DNA of 64,000 bases from Trichodelitschia bisporula (Eukaryota), in the NCBI GenBank assembly GCA_010356995.1, contig ML996703.1, forward strand, positions 62,001 through 126,000. Direction: 5' to 3'. Positions 37,291 through 48,898 of the stretch are shown piece by piece (within the stretch, counting starts at the first letter, position 1; every line of letters starts with the position of its first letter). The translations under genes were made by a program, and so were the position numbers. Below the pieces are notes generated by a model. The model was not told the origin of the DNA and searched no databases. It saw nothing but the letters and a program-made list of their open reading frames with translations.

Positions 37291-37987
37291 GATATTCTGC
37301 GCTCTGCTCAGGACTCAGATCATGGTTGTAGTGTTCGGGCGGTCGATCCTCGGTTTCGGCACCGAGCGCATGGTAGTGCTGACTCCTTGCCGGAGCGGTG
37401 ATGAGTCTAAGGGATTGATATGCCTTTACCGGTCAGCACGCGCTGCACTTCATCATCTCGGGCTTGTGAGTCACGCGGGGTTATCAACGTTAAAGTGCTG
37501 ATAATCTTGAAATTGAGAGGGACCTACCCGACCCGAGTATGCACTAGCTACTTCGTATATGCAAGCTGATGGGAAAGGTAGGTGTCTCGGCCGATGCTGA
37601 TAGACTCGTGGAACTATACAGCGATGAGGTTTTCCGTCCGAGGGATGACGCGTTGTCCGGAGATGGATAGACCGCTGAAAGATGCTCTCAGTGTGGTATG
37701 TCAAGCGAGAAGACCAATTGACTATATGCTTTCGAAGGCAATACATGCGTCATCGTGAAGTCCGACAAACCAACCGTGTGACATCGACAAAGCTCAAGAC
37801 CCCGACTCATCGCAGACCCTACCCCTGACCCCGCCCTCGCCCCACCATCATCCCCTGCAGACCCTGCACCCACCCGCCTCGTGCCCCGCGCAGCTCTCCA
37901 CAACTCCAACATAAAAACGGCCGTCCCCTCTCCCCTCCCCATATGAACCCCCCTTTCCCCTCCCATCCCCCCCGCAAACCCGCAACA

Positions 37988-38748
37988 ATGCCCCTCGAAC
38001 TCCACCTCCTAACCCCAGCAGACTGCCCAACCTGGGTAACCCTCCACCACGCCGCCTTCCAACCAAGCCCCCTCCACATCTGCTGGGCCCCCGGGCCGAT
38101 GTCCCCGCAATCAATAGCCCTCCAAGCCTCGCACCGCGCCGCCGCCCTTGCCGCACCCTATTCATTCGCCTACAAGGTCACAGACAGCGACAAATCCAAT
38201 CTGATAGTCGGCATCGCACAATGGTCCATCTTCACCCGCCCCCGAAGTCAGTCCGAAATAACCTCTAGCCTACAAATGCGCCCCCCTTTTCCAGGCGACA
38301 ACACGCCGGCGAGGGCGGAGTTTATGAGTGGGATATTTGCGAGTCGGAGGAAGTGGATTGGGGATGGGAGGCCTATTGTTATTTTGGAGAGTTTGGTGGT
38401 GAGGGCGGAGTATCAGCGGAGGGGGGTGGGGAGTATGTTGGTGGAGTGGGGGTGTGGGGAGATGGATAGGTTGGGCGTGGAGGGGTATCTTGAGAGTAGT
38501 TCCGCGGGACGGAAACTGTATGCTAAGTATGGATTTGAGGGGGTGGAGGAGTTGGGGTTTGATGCGCGGCGGTGGGGGGCTAGTGAGGGGGATGTGCACT
38601 TGGTGAGTATGGTTTGTTTTGGGGTGGGTGTTGGCTGATGAGGTAGACGATGATACGGCAGCCGAGGAGGGTGGAGAAGCGGGAGGAGGGGAGGGAGGGC
38701 AAGGCTGAGGCTGGGCAGTCGGGCACCGGTGGAGAAAACGTTGGATAG
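37988..38748 (+). CDS. GNAT-family N-acetyltransferase; 1 intron near 38603-38646
   Basis: Acetyl-CoA motif A LVVRAEYQRRGVGSML; motif B YLESSSAGRKLYAKYGF. Confidence 0.88.
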
Positions 38749-39073
38749 ACTTGGATCCTGTGCTGCCATTTTGGTTGATAGAAGGGGGGAGCGGAATGGA
38801 TACCCCTGCCACGCGCGGATGACGTATAAAGATCTACATGGCGCGCAAGGCTGACAGGGCCGACTTCACCTTCTTGAACACACCACCCGCAATTAAAACA
38901 CAAACCACACAAACTCGTAGAGATCATTCCATTATCCCATCCGAGGTCAATCCTTCATCTACGCGTGATCTTCTCCATCCGAAACTCACAAATCCATAAT
39001 CACCAGCGCCATGTCCCTATCCCGACTCCGAAAAACAGATGCCGCAGGAAAAAGACACACCCTCTATCACCTT

Positions 39074-40277
39074 CTAATACTGAGGAGGCACAACAGGAAG
39101 CACCTGCGTCGTCAACGGCGGCAGCGGGCCCGCGGTCTTCTGCATATCCGCCTCGCACCCCCGATCCGGGTACGGATTGTGCCAGCCATGAGGTAACTCC
39201 TTGGGCTTCCCCGGTGCAGAACCAGCGGCGCGGACGGGCTCGGCGACGAGCCACCAGAAGTCGCGACGACAGCGCGTGCCTACGATAGTCAATAACTGAC
39301 TTGAATACGAAAATGGCGGGCTTACACCGCATGGACGGACAGCCGCCGTCCTTGACCACGGCCAGAGCGCAGTGCGGGCAGCGCCGCGCACCCTCCGCGA
39401 CCAGACTCTTAATCAACTCCTTCTCTTCCTCCTTCTGCGCGTCCGATGCGTGGGCGAGGTACCAGTCCTGGCACGTCATGTCCTTGTGCCAGGGCACCTT
39501 GCAAATGACACACAAACGCTCATGACAGCTCGCACACTCCATATGCGGGTACCCCGCCCTCTCAACCCCCGAAATCTGCAATTCGTTGCACTTGGGACAA
39601 TGAACCATATCCCGCTGCTCAGCAACCCACGTCGTAAACGCATCATCACAGTAAAAGTCAAAACTCCTCTGATCCAGATAAATCTGCACAATCTCCGGCG
39701 CCCACTTCTGCCGGCAGCGCTCATCCGGACAAGACAAGTTGACCGCCCCGCTGTCCAGCGACGCCGTGAGCCACATCGTGATACACGCCTTACACGTCGG
39801 CGCGGTGCGCCAGCGGAACGTGCTGCGCGTGAATCCGAGGTGGTTCATGCAGGAATTGGGGCAATCGCCGCCCTTCGCGATGTCGCTTTTCATGTACCAG
39901 CCGCGCTGGATACGGCGCGAGGGGAAAGCCGATGCCTCCTTTTCCTCGTCGCAGACCAGGCATGTCGCGTAGGTGGGGAGGGGAACGCTAGGTTTACGCT
40001 TCTTCGGCGGGGCTAGCGGGAAGTCTTCGCGCTTGCGCTTGTGGGCGCGCTGCGCACGCTCGGAGTCTCCGTCGACGGCGGCGGTGCTTGTCCTGGTCAT
40101 TGGACGGGTTCTCATTGACCGCCCCAGCTCGCTGAGCAACTCGCGTGTGTTGGAGACTTGGCCCAGGCATGTGTGACAGGTGATGGTGATGTGCGTGTTG
40201 CCATTGAGGCCGCGGGGAAATTCGTCGGCTGGCTTGCGGGAATGACAGACTACGCAGCGGTGGAGGTGAGCGGCCAT
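39074..40277 (-). CDS. RBR (RING1-IBR-RING2) E3 ubiquitin ligase-like protein; 1 intron (~39281-39325)
   Basis: RING1-like CLVC..C..C..H..CKAC..CP..C, IBR CPKC..CASC..CVICKVPWHKDMTC, RING2 start CPHC..VKDGGCPSMRC|TRC. Confidence 0.82.
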
Positions 40278-42471
40278 TGTGCCCTCGAGATCTTAGATGC
40301 GGTGGTGAGTGTTGAGTACGAGATTCGATGATCGGGCTTAGAGGGATAATGCTGGAGCTCCTCCCCTGTTCACTTGTTTCAACACAGGACGAACGAGAGA
40401 TGGATGAACGACCCACGCGACAAAAGACGGAAAGTGACAAACCAGCCTTGAGGGAACGACGATGACCGGACGGGCGGTTCGCGTACGTTTAAGGCAGGAC
40501 CTGTAGCCGTGACGCCAGCGAAGAAGAAGTGAGGCTCAGCAAGGCGCCAGCGGGGCAGATCTGCCACCTGCAGGTCGCAGGCTGAAGCGGGGGCTGCCTG
40601 GCCGGTGACTGGTTAGCGGTGGTGTTTGTGAATAGTCGGTAGAAGAGAACTAACTAAAGATGGTAAAGAGGATAAGAATAGTGACTCACTGTTCTCACTG
40701 ACGGCTTGGGAAGATTAGAATGATGGTTGGCTGCAGCTTGCAGCTTGTGGTGGAGTCGGAGAGGGAGGGTGGGGGACAGGGAAGTGGGGAGGGGGATGAG
40801 GTAAGGGAGTGGGGCAGGCGATTGGCTGATTGCGGGGCAGTTGCTGGGAGCCTACGAGGTGCATGGTGAGCTGCAGGAGAGCTATTAGCTGCTACCGTAC
40901 ATACGAAATGCCCATAGCTTCAAGATGCCTAAAAGTCGATTACACATTAGAACTAGTCTTTGACTGCCTTGACTACTTTACTAAGTAGCTTGTTTTTCCA
41001 TGCAACTTCGGGGATGGTGAGGGGCAGCAACTACAACCATCGCAGGCATAAACGGCACCCGATCATTTATGTGACTTGGATATGAGCGTGCTCATTTTTT
41101 GGCTATATATAGCTCGCCGGATGCAAATGCCTTGCGTTCGCCTTCGTTTTGCTGACGGCCGAGTCTTTGATCGAAGTTCATCTTGTCGAGCGTGTTAAGC
41201 ATATCGAGAGCGACACTGGCAACGGCACCTTATACATGGACGGAAGGGTCCCAGAGACTGCAAGGATCGTAGCACGCGATGCCATGTACTTTGAGCCGAG
41301 TCTAGTTCTAGGCAGATGCCCACGGTTTCTCAACGTCGAGCGCCATCTACTGTATCCTCACATCCAAAGGAGCAGCTCGAAAACGGCGGTTTGGTGAACC
41401 CGACCCGACAATGCATCTCGGCTACCTTGGCTTCTCTCCCTGTTCCAGTCGCGTCCATTTCTGCTGAGTTTGGGCCATCTCAGTTCAGTCGTATCCCTCT
41501 TCCTCTCCATCTTCAAATGCAATGCCAAAGCCCGGAAGATGTGGATGAAGATCTCCAGCGCTAACCCGATCGCCCATTGAAATTCGCAAGATGAGCATGA
41601 TGCGTAGGAAAGCAGATGAAGAACACAATAGACGCGTGGCATATACGGGAAAGGCGCCTATACGATCGGCAATCGACCCGAGCGATCATTGCACCGTCGA
41701 TTCTTCGATTGCGCATTCCCTTGACGATCCTCAGCCGCTAAGAATCTCAAGACTGCGGTAAGGAGGACGCCGTCATCACATTCCTCATTTCCACGTGGCA
41801 AGGAGATCTGCTACAAATCCACCGCCAAACGGCCAATGGCGTGCACTCCCGCCTTTCCGCCCGCAAAACGTGTCCGTTACTCTTGCGCCATGGATATCAA
41901 ATCTCCACCGCACAAATAATCGATCCTCCATCCGATCCATCACCTCTCCCCGCCCCACCACGCCGGTGCGGACACCAAGTGGGGGCCCGACGGCACGATC
42001 CGGCCTCGCGGGACGCCCAACCCAGTCCAGCCTAGCCCGCCGTACCCCTCCCTCCCCTCCAAACAACGAAGCTCAACAACCATGCAAGCCTCTTCACCGT
42101 GCCGTAACACCCCTCCTCAGGGGCCGTCGCACGTTGCATGCTTATCAGCTAGCTATCGCGTTGCATGCAGTGCATTGCGGGGCTGTGGAGAAAGGGGGTA
42201 TAAAGTGGCTCGTATGGCGCGAGAATGTATGCGCCGGACATTTTGCTAGCAACGGTGATCGCGCGCCTTACTCTCTGGCTTTCTGTGATTGTTGCTATTT
42301 GTTTGGACGCCGCAAAACGTGGCCTGCTTCAGCGAGGGAAAAGGAATTGGAATTGCGCCCCGTGGACCGCCGTCCGGAGTTGATATATAACCTCGCACCT
42401 TTGCACCCCAATCGGCATACAACTCAGGTTCATTCATCTCCCAAATTACCCTCCACGCATCTTTAACCACC

Positions 42472-43370
42472 ATGCCAGCCAACCCCACAAACCCAGCCAA
42501 CCCCACAAACCCAGCCTTCCCCGAAGATCCAGTCCCAGCACCGGCACCCAACATGGCCGCCCCCGTCTCGAACCGCCTCACGTCCGCCGACGTCCTGCTC
42601 AGCCCAGTAACCGAAGCCGACCTCCCCCAAATCGCTGCTGGCTACTACGCCGCCTTCCCGCAGGACTGGTACGTGTGCGCTCCCTCCCTCCTCCTCCCCT
42701 CACTCACTCAGCACTAACCCACCCTAGGCACGACATGATGGAACCCCTCGACCGACGCCCCGCCCTCGACATACGCATCGCCCGGATGGCCGCCCGAATG
42801 CGCCCCTGGATCGGCGCGTCGGACGGGAAATACGTCAAAGCGACGCTGCGCTCCGACCCTTCGCGCATAATCGGACATGCGGGGTGGTTGCGCCCCTCCG
42901 CCACATTCCCGGTCCATCACTGGCGAAAAGACGCGGGGGAGAAACTGGGGTGGAAGGAGAAGTACGCGTGGAGCGAGGAGGAGGAGAAGGATATGTGGGA
43001 GCATGTGGATGTGGAGAAGTGGCAGGGGTTGTTTGAGCATTTTGATGGGATTAAGAAGGAATTAATGGGGGGGGAGCCGCATTGGTGAGTGGAGTGTGGT
43101 TTTGTGTGGGGGTGTTTTGATGTTAATGGGAGCAGGTTCCTGGCCCCGCTGTGGGTTCTCCCTGAGTTCCAGCATCGAGGCGTGAGCTCGTTGTTGTTAA
43201 AGGATGTGCTGGACGAGGCGGACGCGCATGACCCGCCCATCCCTGCGTTCCTGGAGGCTACGGATGCGGGCCGGCCGGTGTATGAGCATTTTGGGTTTGA
43301 GGCTGTGCAGCCGAGTGAGGGGCATGAGATGCAGATGATTCGAAGGGGGCCGGCTCCGAAGGGTGTGTAA
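42472..43370 (+). CDS. GNAT-family N-acetyltransferase; introns 42669-42727 and 43085-43135
   Basis: IIGHAGW, PHW|FLAPLWVLPEFQHRGVSSLLL, AFLEATDAGRPVYEHFGF. Confidence 0.88.
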
Positions 43371-44576
43371 GGAGGGGTGTGTAAGGGGATGGGCGACAGA
43401 GATGATGGAGGAGTGTGGGTTCCGAGCTGAGATGGACTGGGAGACGGAGAAGGAGATTAGGGATCGAGAAGTAGGATCGTGGAGCACGTGAAGCGACCCG
43501 GGCCTGGAGCCTCGCCTCGCCTCGCCTGCGCATTCCGTTCTACGTAGCTGGGCGTGCCTTGGTAATACACTTCACCTCACACCCACTTCCTCCCATTCCA
43601 TCCCCGCGACCTCTCCATCCCCCACCGAACCATACCTTTCGCCCGTACCACGCACCACAGCACAACTGCTTCGGCCGGAAGCCCACCTGGGCCAGGATCC
43701 ATCGGCCACGGTAAATTGCCGCCGACCCCGTGGAGCGCAGCGGCAGCGGCAGCCCGAACACCCGGTCCAATGACGCCGAGCCGCATGCCTCCATATATGG
43801 GTTCGCGGCATGTGCGCGAAGCTTAATCTGAGTGCCAGGCAGCTTAATTCGAGGGCGCTAGGCCGGAAGAAGAAGAATGACACAGGGTTTGTGGTCGCTG
43901 ATCGTCCCGGATCAAGGCGGGGATATATCTGACTTTGACGTCCGGGGCAGCCGCCGTGGACGATGGCGAGGCTGAGGTTCGCTTTTTTGGCAGATACCTT
44001 GTGGTACAAGAATTGAGCGCGAATTGGAGGATGTTCGCCGTTTATCCTCCCCGCCACAGCATAGCGGACTTCGATGTCTCCGTAAACGCATTGTTTCTCC
44101 CCCCCCACCCATGTACCCGAAACGCCTTGCCCGCCAAACCCCCCCCCCAGTGGCGATCACCACACCCGGAACCCACCGTGCACTGTATATATTGCAAGCA
44201 CTCTAGGTGTCGAGCACACTACCTCACACTCCACCCATCCAGGGAAGTCCAACCAGCGGCGCCCGGCTGGCCCAGCGCGCGCCCCTTCATCTACCCCTCC
44301 AAGCTAGCAACATGGAACGTCAGGTCTACGCCGTGGGCGGGCGAGGCCAAAGACCCGCTATGCCCGCATGTCCCTCACACGCAAGTCTCACCATCCGTCT
44401 AATTTTGTCCCGTCACTGCCCAGCGCGACAAGCCTCTCTCTCTCGTGCAAGCCACGGGCCTGGCTTTCCTGCGAAGAGGGCTGTCGGGTTAAAACTGTGC
44501 CTTGCCCCCCTGGAGACACCTCTGGAGAGATTCTGAGATGCTGCTGCGCGCCAGCCTCGTCCCCCCGTGAGCAGAG

Positions 44577-46786
44577 ATGGAGTCCCAACCGAGCGCCAGG
44601 TACGCCCCGACACACCTACCCGACATACCAGAGCGCACCCTCGATCAGAAATCCCTCAATGGTCCAGCCGGAGCACACGAATGGCCCAGCATCCGCCCTC
44701 AATCCGCACACTTCTTCGAAACCGCCGTTGAACCCGCGATGTCACCCCCAATGGAACAAAAGCCCATTGAGACGGCACCACCACCAGAGGAGCCCAAGGA
44801 TCCGCCAAAGCTCCTCATAGCCTCCCTATTCCTCTCCGTCTTCCTCTCCGCCCTCGACATAACAATAATAACCACCGCCCTCCCAACAATGGCCGAAACC
44901 CTACACACCAACGCCACAGGCTTCGGCTGGATCGGGAGCGCATACCTCCTCGCCGGCGCTGCGTCGGGCCCAGTATGGGCCAAGATCAGCGATATCTTTG
45001 GACGGAAGCCCGTCATGCTGGCTGCGAATATCTTTTTCCTGATAGGGAGCGCGGTATGCGGGTGGAGTTTTAGTCTGGGGATGTTGATCGCGGGGCGCGT
45101 GGTGCAGGGCATCGGGTCCGGCGGGTTGCTCGTCATGGTTAGCATCCTGCTCTCGGATCTGTTCAGCGCGAAGTACGCCTCCTCCCTTCCTCTCACCCTC
45201 GCTCAGTCGTAACTGACCCCCGCAGGCGCCGCGGCAAGTACTCCGGCCTCCTAGGCACAGTCTGGGGCGTCGCCAACGGTCTCGGGCCGGCGATCGGCGG
45301 GCTCTTCTGTGAGAAGCTGAACTGGCGGTGGTGTTTCTGGATCAACATACCGCTGGACGGAATCGCCTTCCTCGCCATCTGCTTCTTCCTCAAGGTGCAC
45401 AAGCCGCACACGCCGCTAGTCCAAGGCCTACTCGCGATAGACTGGCTGGGAGCGATTGCCATCGTCGGCGGGACGGTGATGTTACTCCTCGGCCTCGATT
45501 TCGGCGGTATAACATTCCCCTGGACATCGCCGATCGTACTCTCCCTCCTCCTCGTAGGCATCGCAACCCTCGCCGCCGCCATACTCATCGAAGCCACCAT
45601 CCCAAGATACCCAATCATACCCCTGCACATCTTCCGGTCCCTCTCCAACAGCGTAATCTACGCCATAAACTTCTCCCACGGCTTCGTCTTCATCGCGGGC
45701 TCCTACTTCCTCCCCATCTACTTCCAAGCCGTCCTCGGGACCACCCCCCTCCTCTCCGGCGTCTACCTCTTCCCCTACAACCTCACCCTCTCCATCACAT
45801 CCATAATCACAGGAATGACAATCTCCAAACACGGCGCCTACAAAACCTGGATCATCTTCTCCCTCCTCCTCCTCGCCCTCGGCTTCCTCCTCTTCGCCGA
45901 ATTCCCCCCGCACACCTCCTGGCCCCGGCTCGTACTCTACCAACTCATCGCCGGCTGCGGCGTGGGGCCCCTGTTCCAAGCCCCCATGATCGCAATGCAG
46001 AACAGCGTCGCAGCGCAAGACCGCGCCGCCGCAACGAGCATGTTCAGCTTCGTCCGCCAAATCGCCAACGCCATCTCCGTCGTCCTCGGCAACGTCGTGC
46101 TCCAAAACCAGCTCGCGGGGAAACGCGCCCAGCTCCTCGCATCCGGGACCGCCCCGCCGCTCGTCCACCTCCTAACCCACGGCCACGCCGTCTCCTCGCC
46201 CAGCGCCATCGCCGCCCTGCTCCCGGAGCAGAAAATCGCCGTGCGCGCCGCGCTCACGGACGCGCTGGGCAAGATGTGGCTCATGTACGCCGTCGTCGCC
46301 GTCCTCGGTCTAGCACTCCCCTCGTTTATCAAGAACAAGAAGCTGAGCGATCAGCACGTGGTGCACGAAACCGGCCTAGCAGCTCAAGAACGAGCACGGC
46401 TGGCTCGGGCAGAGGGCCGGGTCGAGGGCCAGAATGAGGCTCCTCAACTCCCCAACCCCGCGGACCTGAGTCGTCCCGCGCATGTAAACCGCCAGACCGC
46501 GCGCAGCGGCTCCATCGCCATCGGGCTCGACCTCGGCCCGACGCTCAAGCGCGGGGACTCGCTCCGCGAAGGCGCGCTGCGGGCCGCGCGGCGCAGCATG
46601 CAGGTCCGTGGTGGAGCGCGGCGGTCGCGGACGCTAGAAGGCGACGAGGAGGCGCTAGTGGGAGAAAAGGCGGATGGGGGTGGGGAACGGAGCTGGTATG
46701 ACGAGCTCGTGTTCGATCTGGAGAGCATTGACGAGGGGGGCGTGCGGCAGGAGGGTGAGAAGGGGATGGACGGCGGATCCAGGTAG
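44577..46786 (+). CDS. MFS drug:H+ antiporter-2 (14-TMS, DHA2) transporter; intron 45173-45225
   Basis: LSALDITIITTALP, WIGSAYLL, SDIFGRK, GRVVQGIGSGG, GPAIGG..WRWCFWINIP, IDWLG. Confidence 0.92.
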
Positions 46787-47110
46787 ATGTAGACACTGGT
46801 TATGGTGCGCGCATTGGCGAGCATTGGATTCTTTTGGATACATGGGCCGCAAAAAGGCAGATGATTAATGCAGCATGTTCGAAATCCGCGAGTCCGCGAT
46901 GAAGCGTGTCCACTCCCCGCTATCTCCGTGAAACGACGTCCGCCTAGCGCCGGGCCCTCCCGCCGCCAAGCCCGGCCCGGCCACCCGCACAACCACCACC
47001 GTCGCCCGTTATCACCACGCTTACATCCGTACATCTCACCACTCCCCCGCCACGCTTACCTCCCCCCAAACACCCTCACCAACACCCACCAACACCCACC
47101 AACACCCACC

Positions 47111-47950
47111 ATGCCCCCCACCACCCCCGCCCCGGCGCTGCGCATCCTCATGCTCCACGGCTACACCCAATCCGGCCCCCTCTTCACCTCCAAAACCCGC
47201 GCCCTCGCAAAGCTCCTCCAGACCGCCTTCCCCTCCTCAACACTCTCCTTCCCCACCGCCCCCCACCGCCTCTCCACCACCGACCTCCCCTCCTACGACC
47301 CCACAATACCCATCAGCACCTCGCTCATCCCCGCCGAAGAATCCGGCGCCCTGGCCGGTACCGCGCCCGACGGCACCGATGAGCCCGCGGCGTATGCCTG
47401 GTTCCGGCGCCCAACTCGAGACAGCACGGAAATAGTGGGGCTGGATGGGGGGTTTGAGGCCCTGGCAGAGGTGTTGAGGAAAGAGGGACCGTTCGACGGC
47501 GTAGTGGGGTTTAGTCAGGGGGGCGCGATGGCGGCGCTGCTCGCGAGCGTGCTGGAGCCAGGGCGCTGGGCGCATTTCGGGCCCAGCACCGCGGCGTTTC
47601 CGGTCTCGTTTCGGCCGACTGAGGCTGGGCCGATACACCCCCCCTTCAAGTTCGCGGTGATATACTCCGGGTTCCGGCTCGCGGGGGCGGAGCACGACGC
47701 CTTCTACGCTGGCGGGCTAGCGACGCCGACGTGCCATTTCATTGGGAGTGTGGATACGGTCGTTGAGGAGAAGAGAAGCCTTGCGTTAGCTGAGTTGTGT
47801 GAGAAGCCGAGGGTGGTGTATCACCCCGGTGGCCACTTTTTGCCGAGTGGGAAGCAGTACGTCGGTGCGCTTGTGGGGTGGTTGAGAGAGGTGCTGGCGC
47901 CGCCGGAGAAGAAAGAGGAGGACGCGAGTGAGATGGATATGCCGTTCTGA
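47111..47950 (+). CDS. FSH1/OVCA2-family serine hydrolase
   Basis: ILMLHGYTQSG, nucleophile elbow GPFDGVVGFSQGG, GSVDTVV (Asp), HPGGHFLP (His). Confidence 0.92.
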   Translation: MPPTTPAPALRILMLHGYTQSGPLFTSKTRALAKLLQTAFPSSTLSFPTAPHRLSTTDLPSYDPTIPISTSLIPAEESGALAGTAPDGTDEPAAYAWFRRPTRDSTEIVGLDGGFEALAEVLRKEGPFDGVVGFSQGGAMAALLASVLEPGRWAHFGPSTAAFPVSFRPTEAGPIHPPFKFAVIYSGFRLAGAEHDAFYAGGLATPTCHFIGSVDTVVEEKRSLALAELCEKPRVVYHPGGHFLPSGKQYVGALVGWLREVLAPPEKKEEDASEMDMPF

Positions 47951-48898
47951 CTACATGGCAGTGATGGGAAGAGTAAATTGTAACTAGATGTGGTGACGAT
48001 GTTATGCGCTAGCCGGGACGACTTAGACGAAGACTAGAGTGTATAGTCGTTCATGACGGCTGAATCCCAGCGAGAACCATATTTCCCCAGATCCTCATCA
48101 CCAAAGTCCAGCACTTGGTATAGATACGACCGACATCACACATCCGCACATCTGCCCACCAATTAGGCATACCACGTGAGTCCATCTCACCATAGATCAC
48201 GTGCTTCAGCCTCGCCGCCCCGATCCGCCTCATCACATAAACCACACATCAATCACCCGCGCATCACGAACATATTATCACAACAACCATTGGTCTAGTA
48301 GCCCACCTACGTACGCCGTCCCAGCTCAAAGACGAGCCCACAAGCCATACGCCCCAGAGCAAGATACAGAGCACAACTCCCCATCCCCATCCCCATCCCC
48401 ATCCCCATCCCCAGCCCCATTCCACAAACCCAGCCTCAAGAGAAAATCACTCGACAACAACAGGAAGCTCACAACGCGCTCGCTTTAGCCCCGTCCTTGC
48501 CCTCAATCTCCCCAGTCCAGCTTGCAATGCCTATGCAAACCCCCATGCTCGCCCTAGTAGACACAGTAAAACCACACCTCAGAAGTAGAGTAAGATCCCC
48601 CATCTGAGATGCCCCTCTCCCATCGAACACACCGCCACACAAAAGATATTAAACCCGGAGAACCTGACCAGACTCGCAACGCTCGCCCCGCCCCCTACCC
48701 GCGCAACCCCTTCCGTCCGACTTGAAAGATCCATAACAAAACACCCAAGGGAGATGTCGAACAAAGAGAAACTCAGCTGGCAATGCAAAGTGAAGAAATT
48801 CAAATGCGCTCCCAGTTCCGCCCGTTGCCCCATCATCCCCCTTTGGACATAACTCGTACAAAGCGCAAACAACACACACGTTGATAATGAGGCCAAAG

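Noticed and set aside
40300..42450. Short ORFs between the RBR gene and the second GNAT (e.g. 41149-41564, 41795-42466)
   Set aside because: No recognisable motifs, coding-like codon pattern or consistent splice structure. Treated as intergenic.
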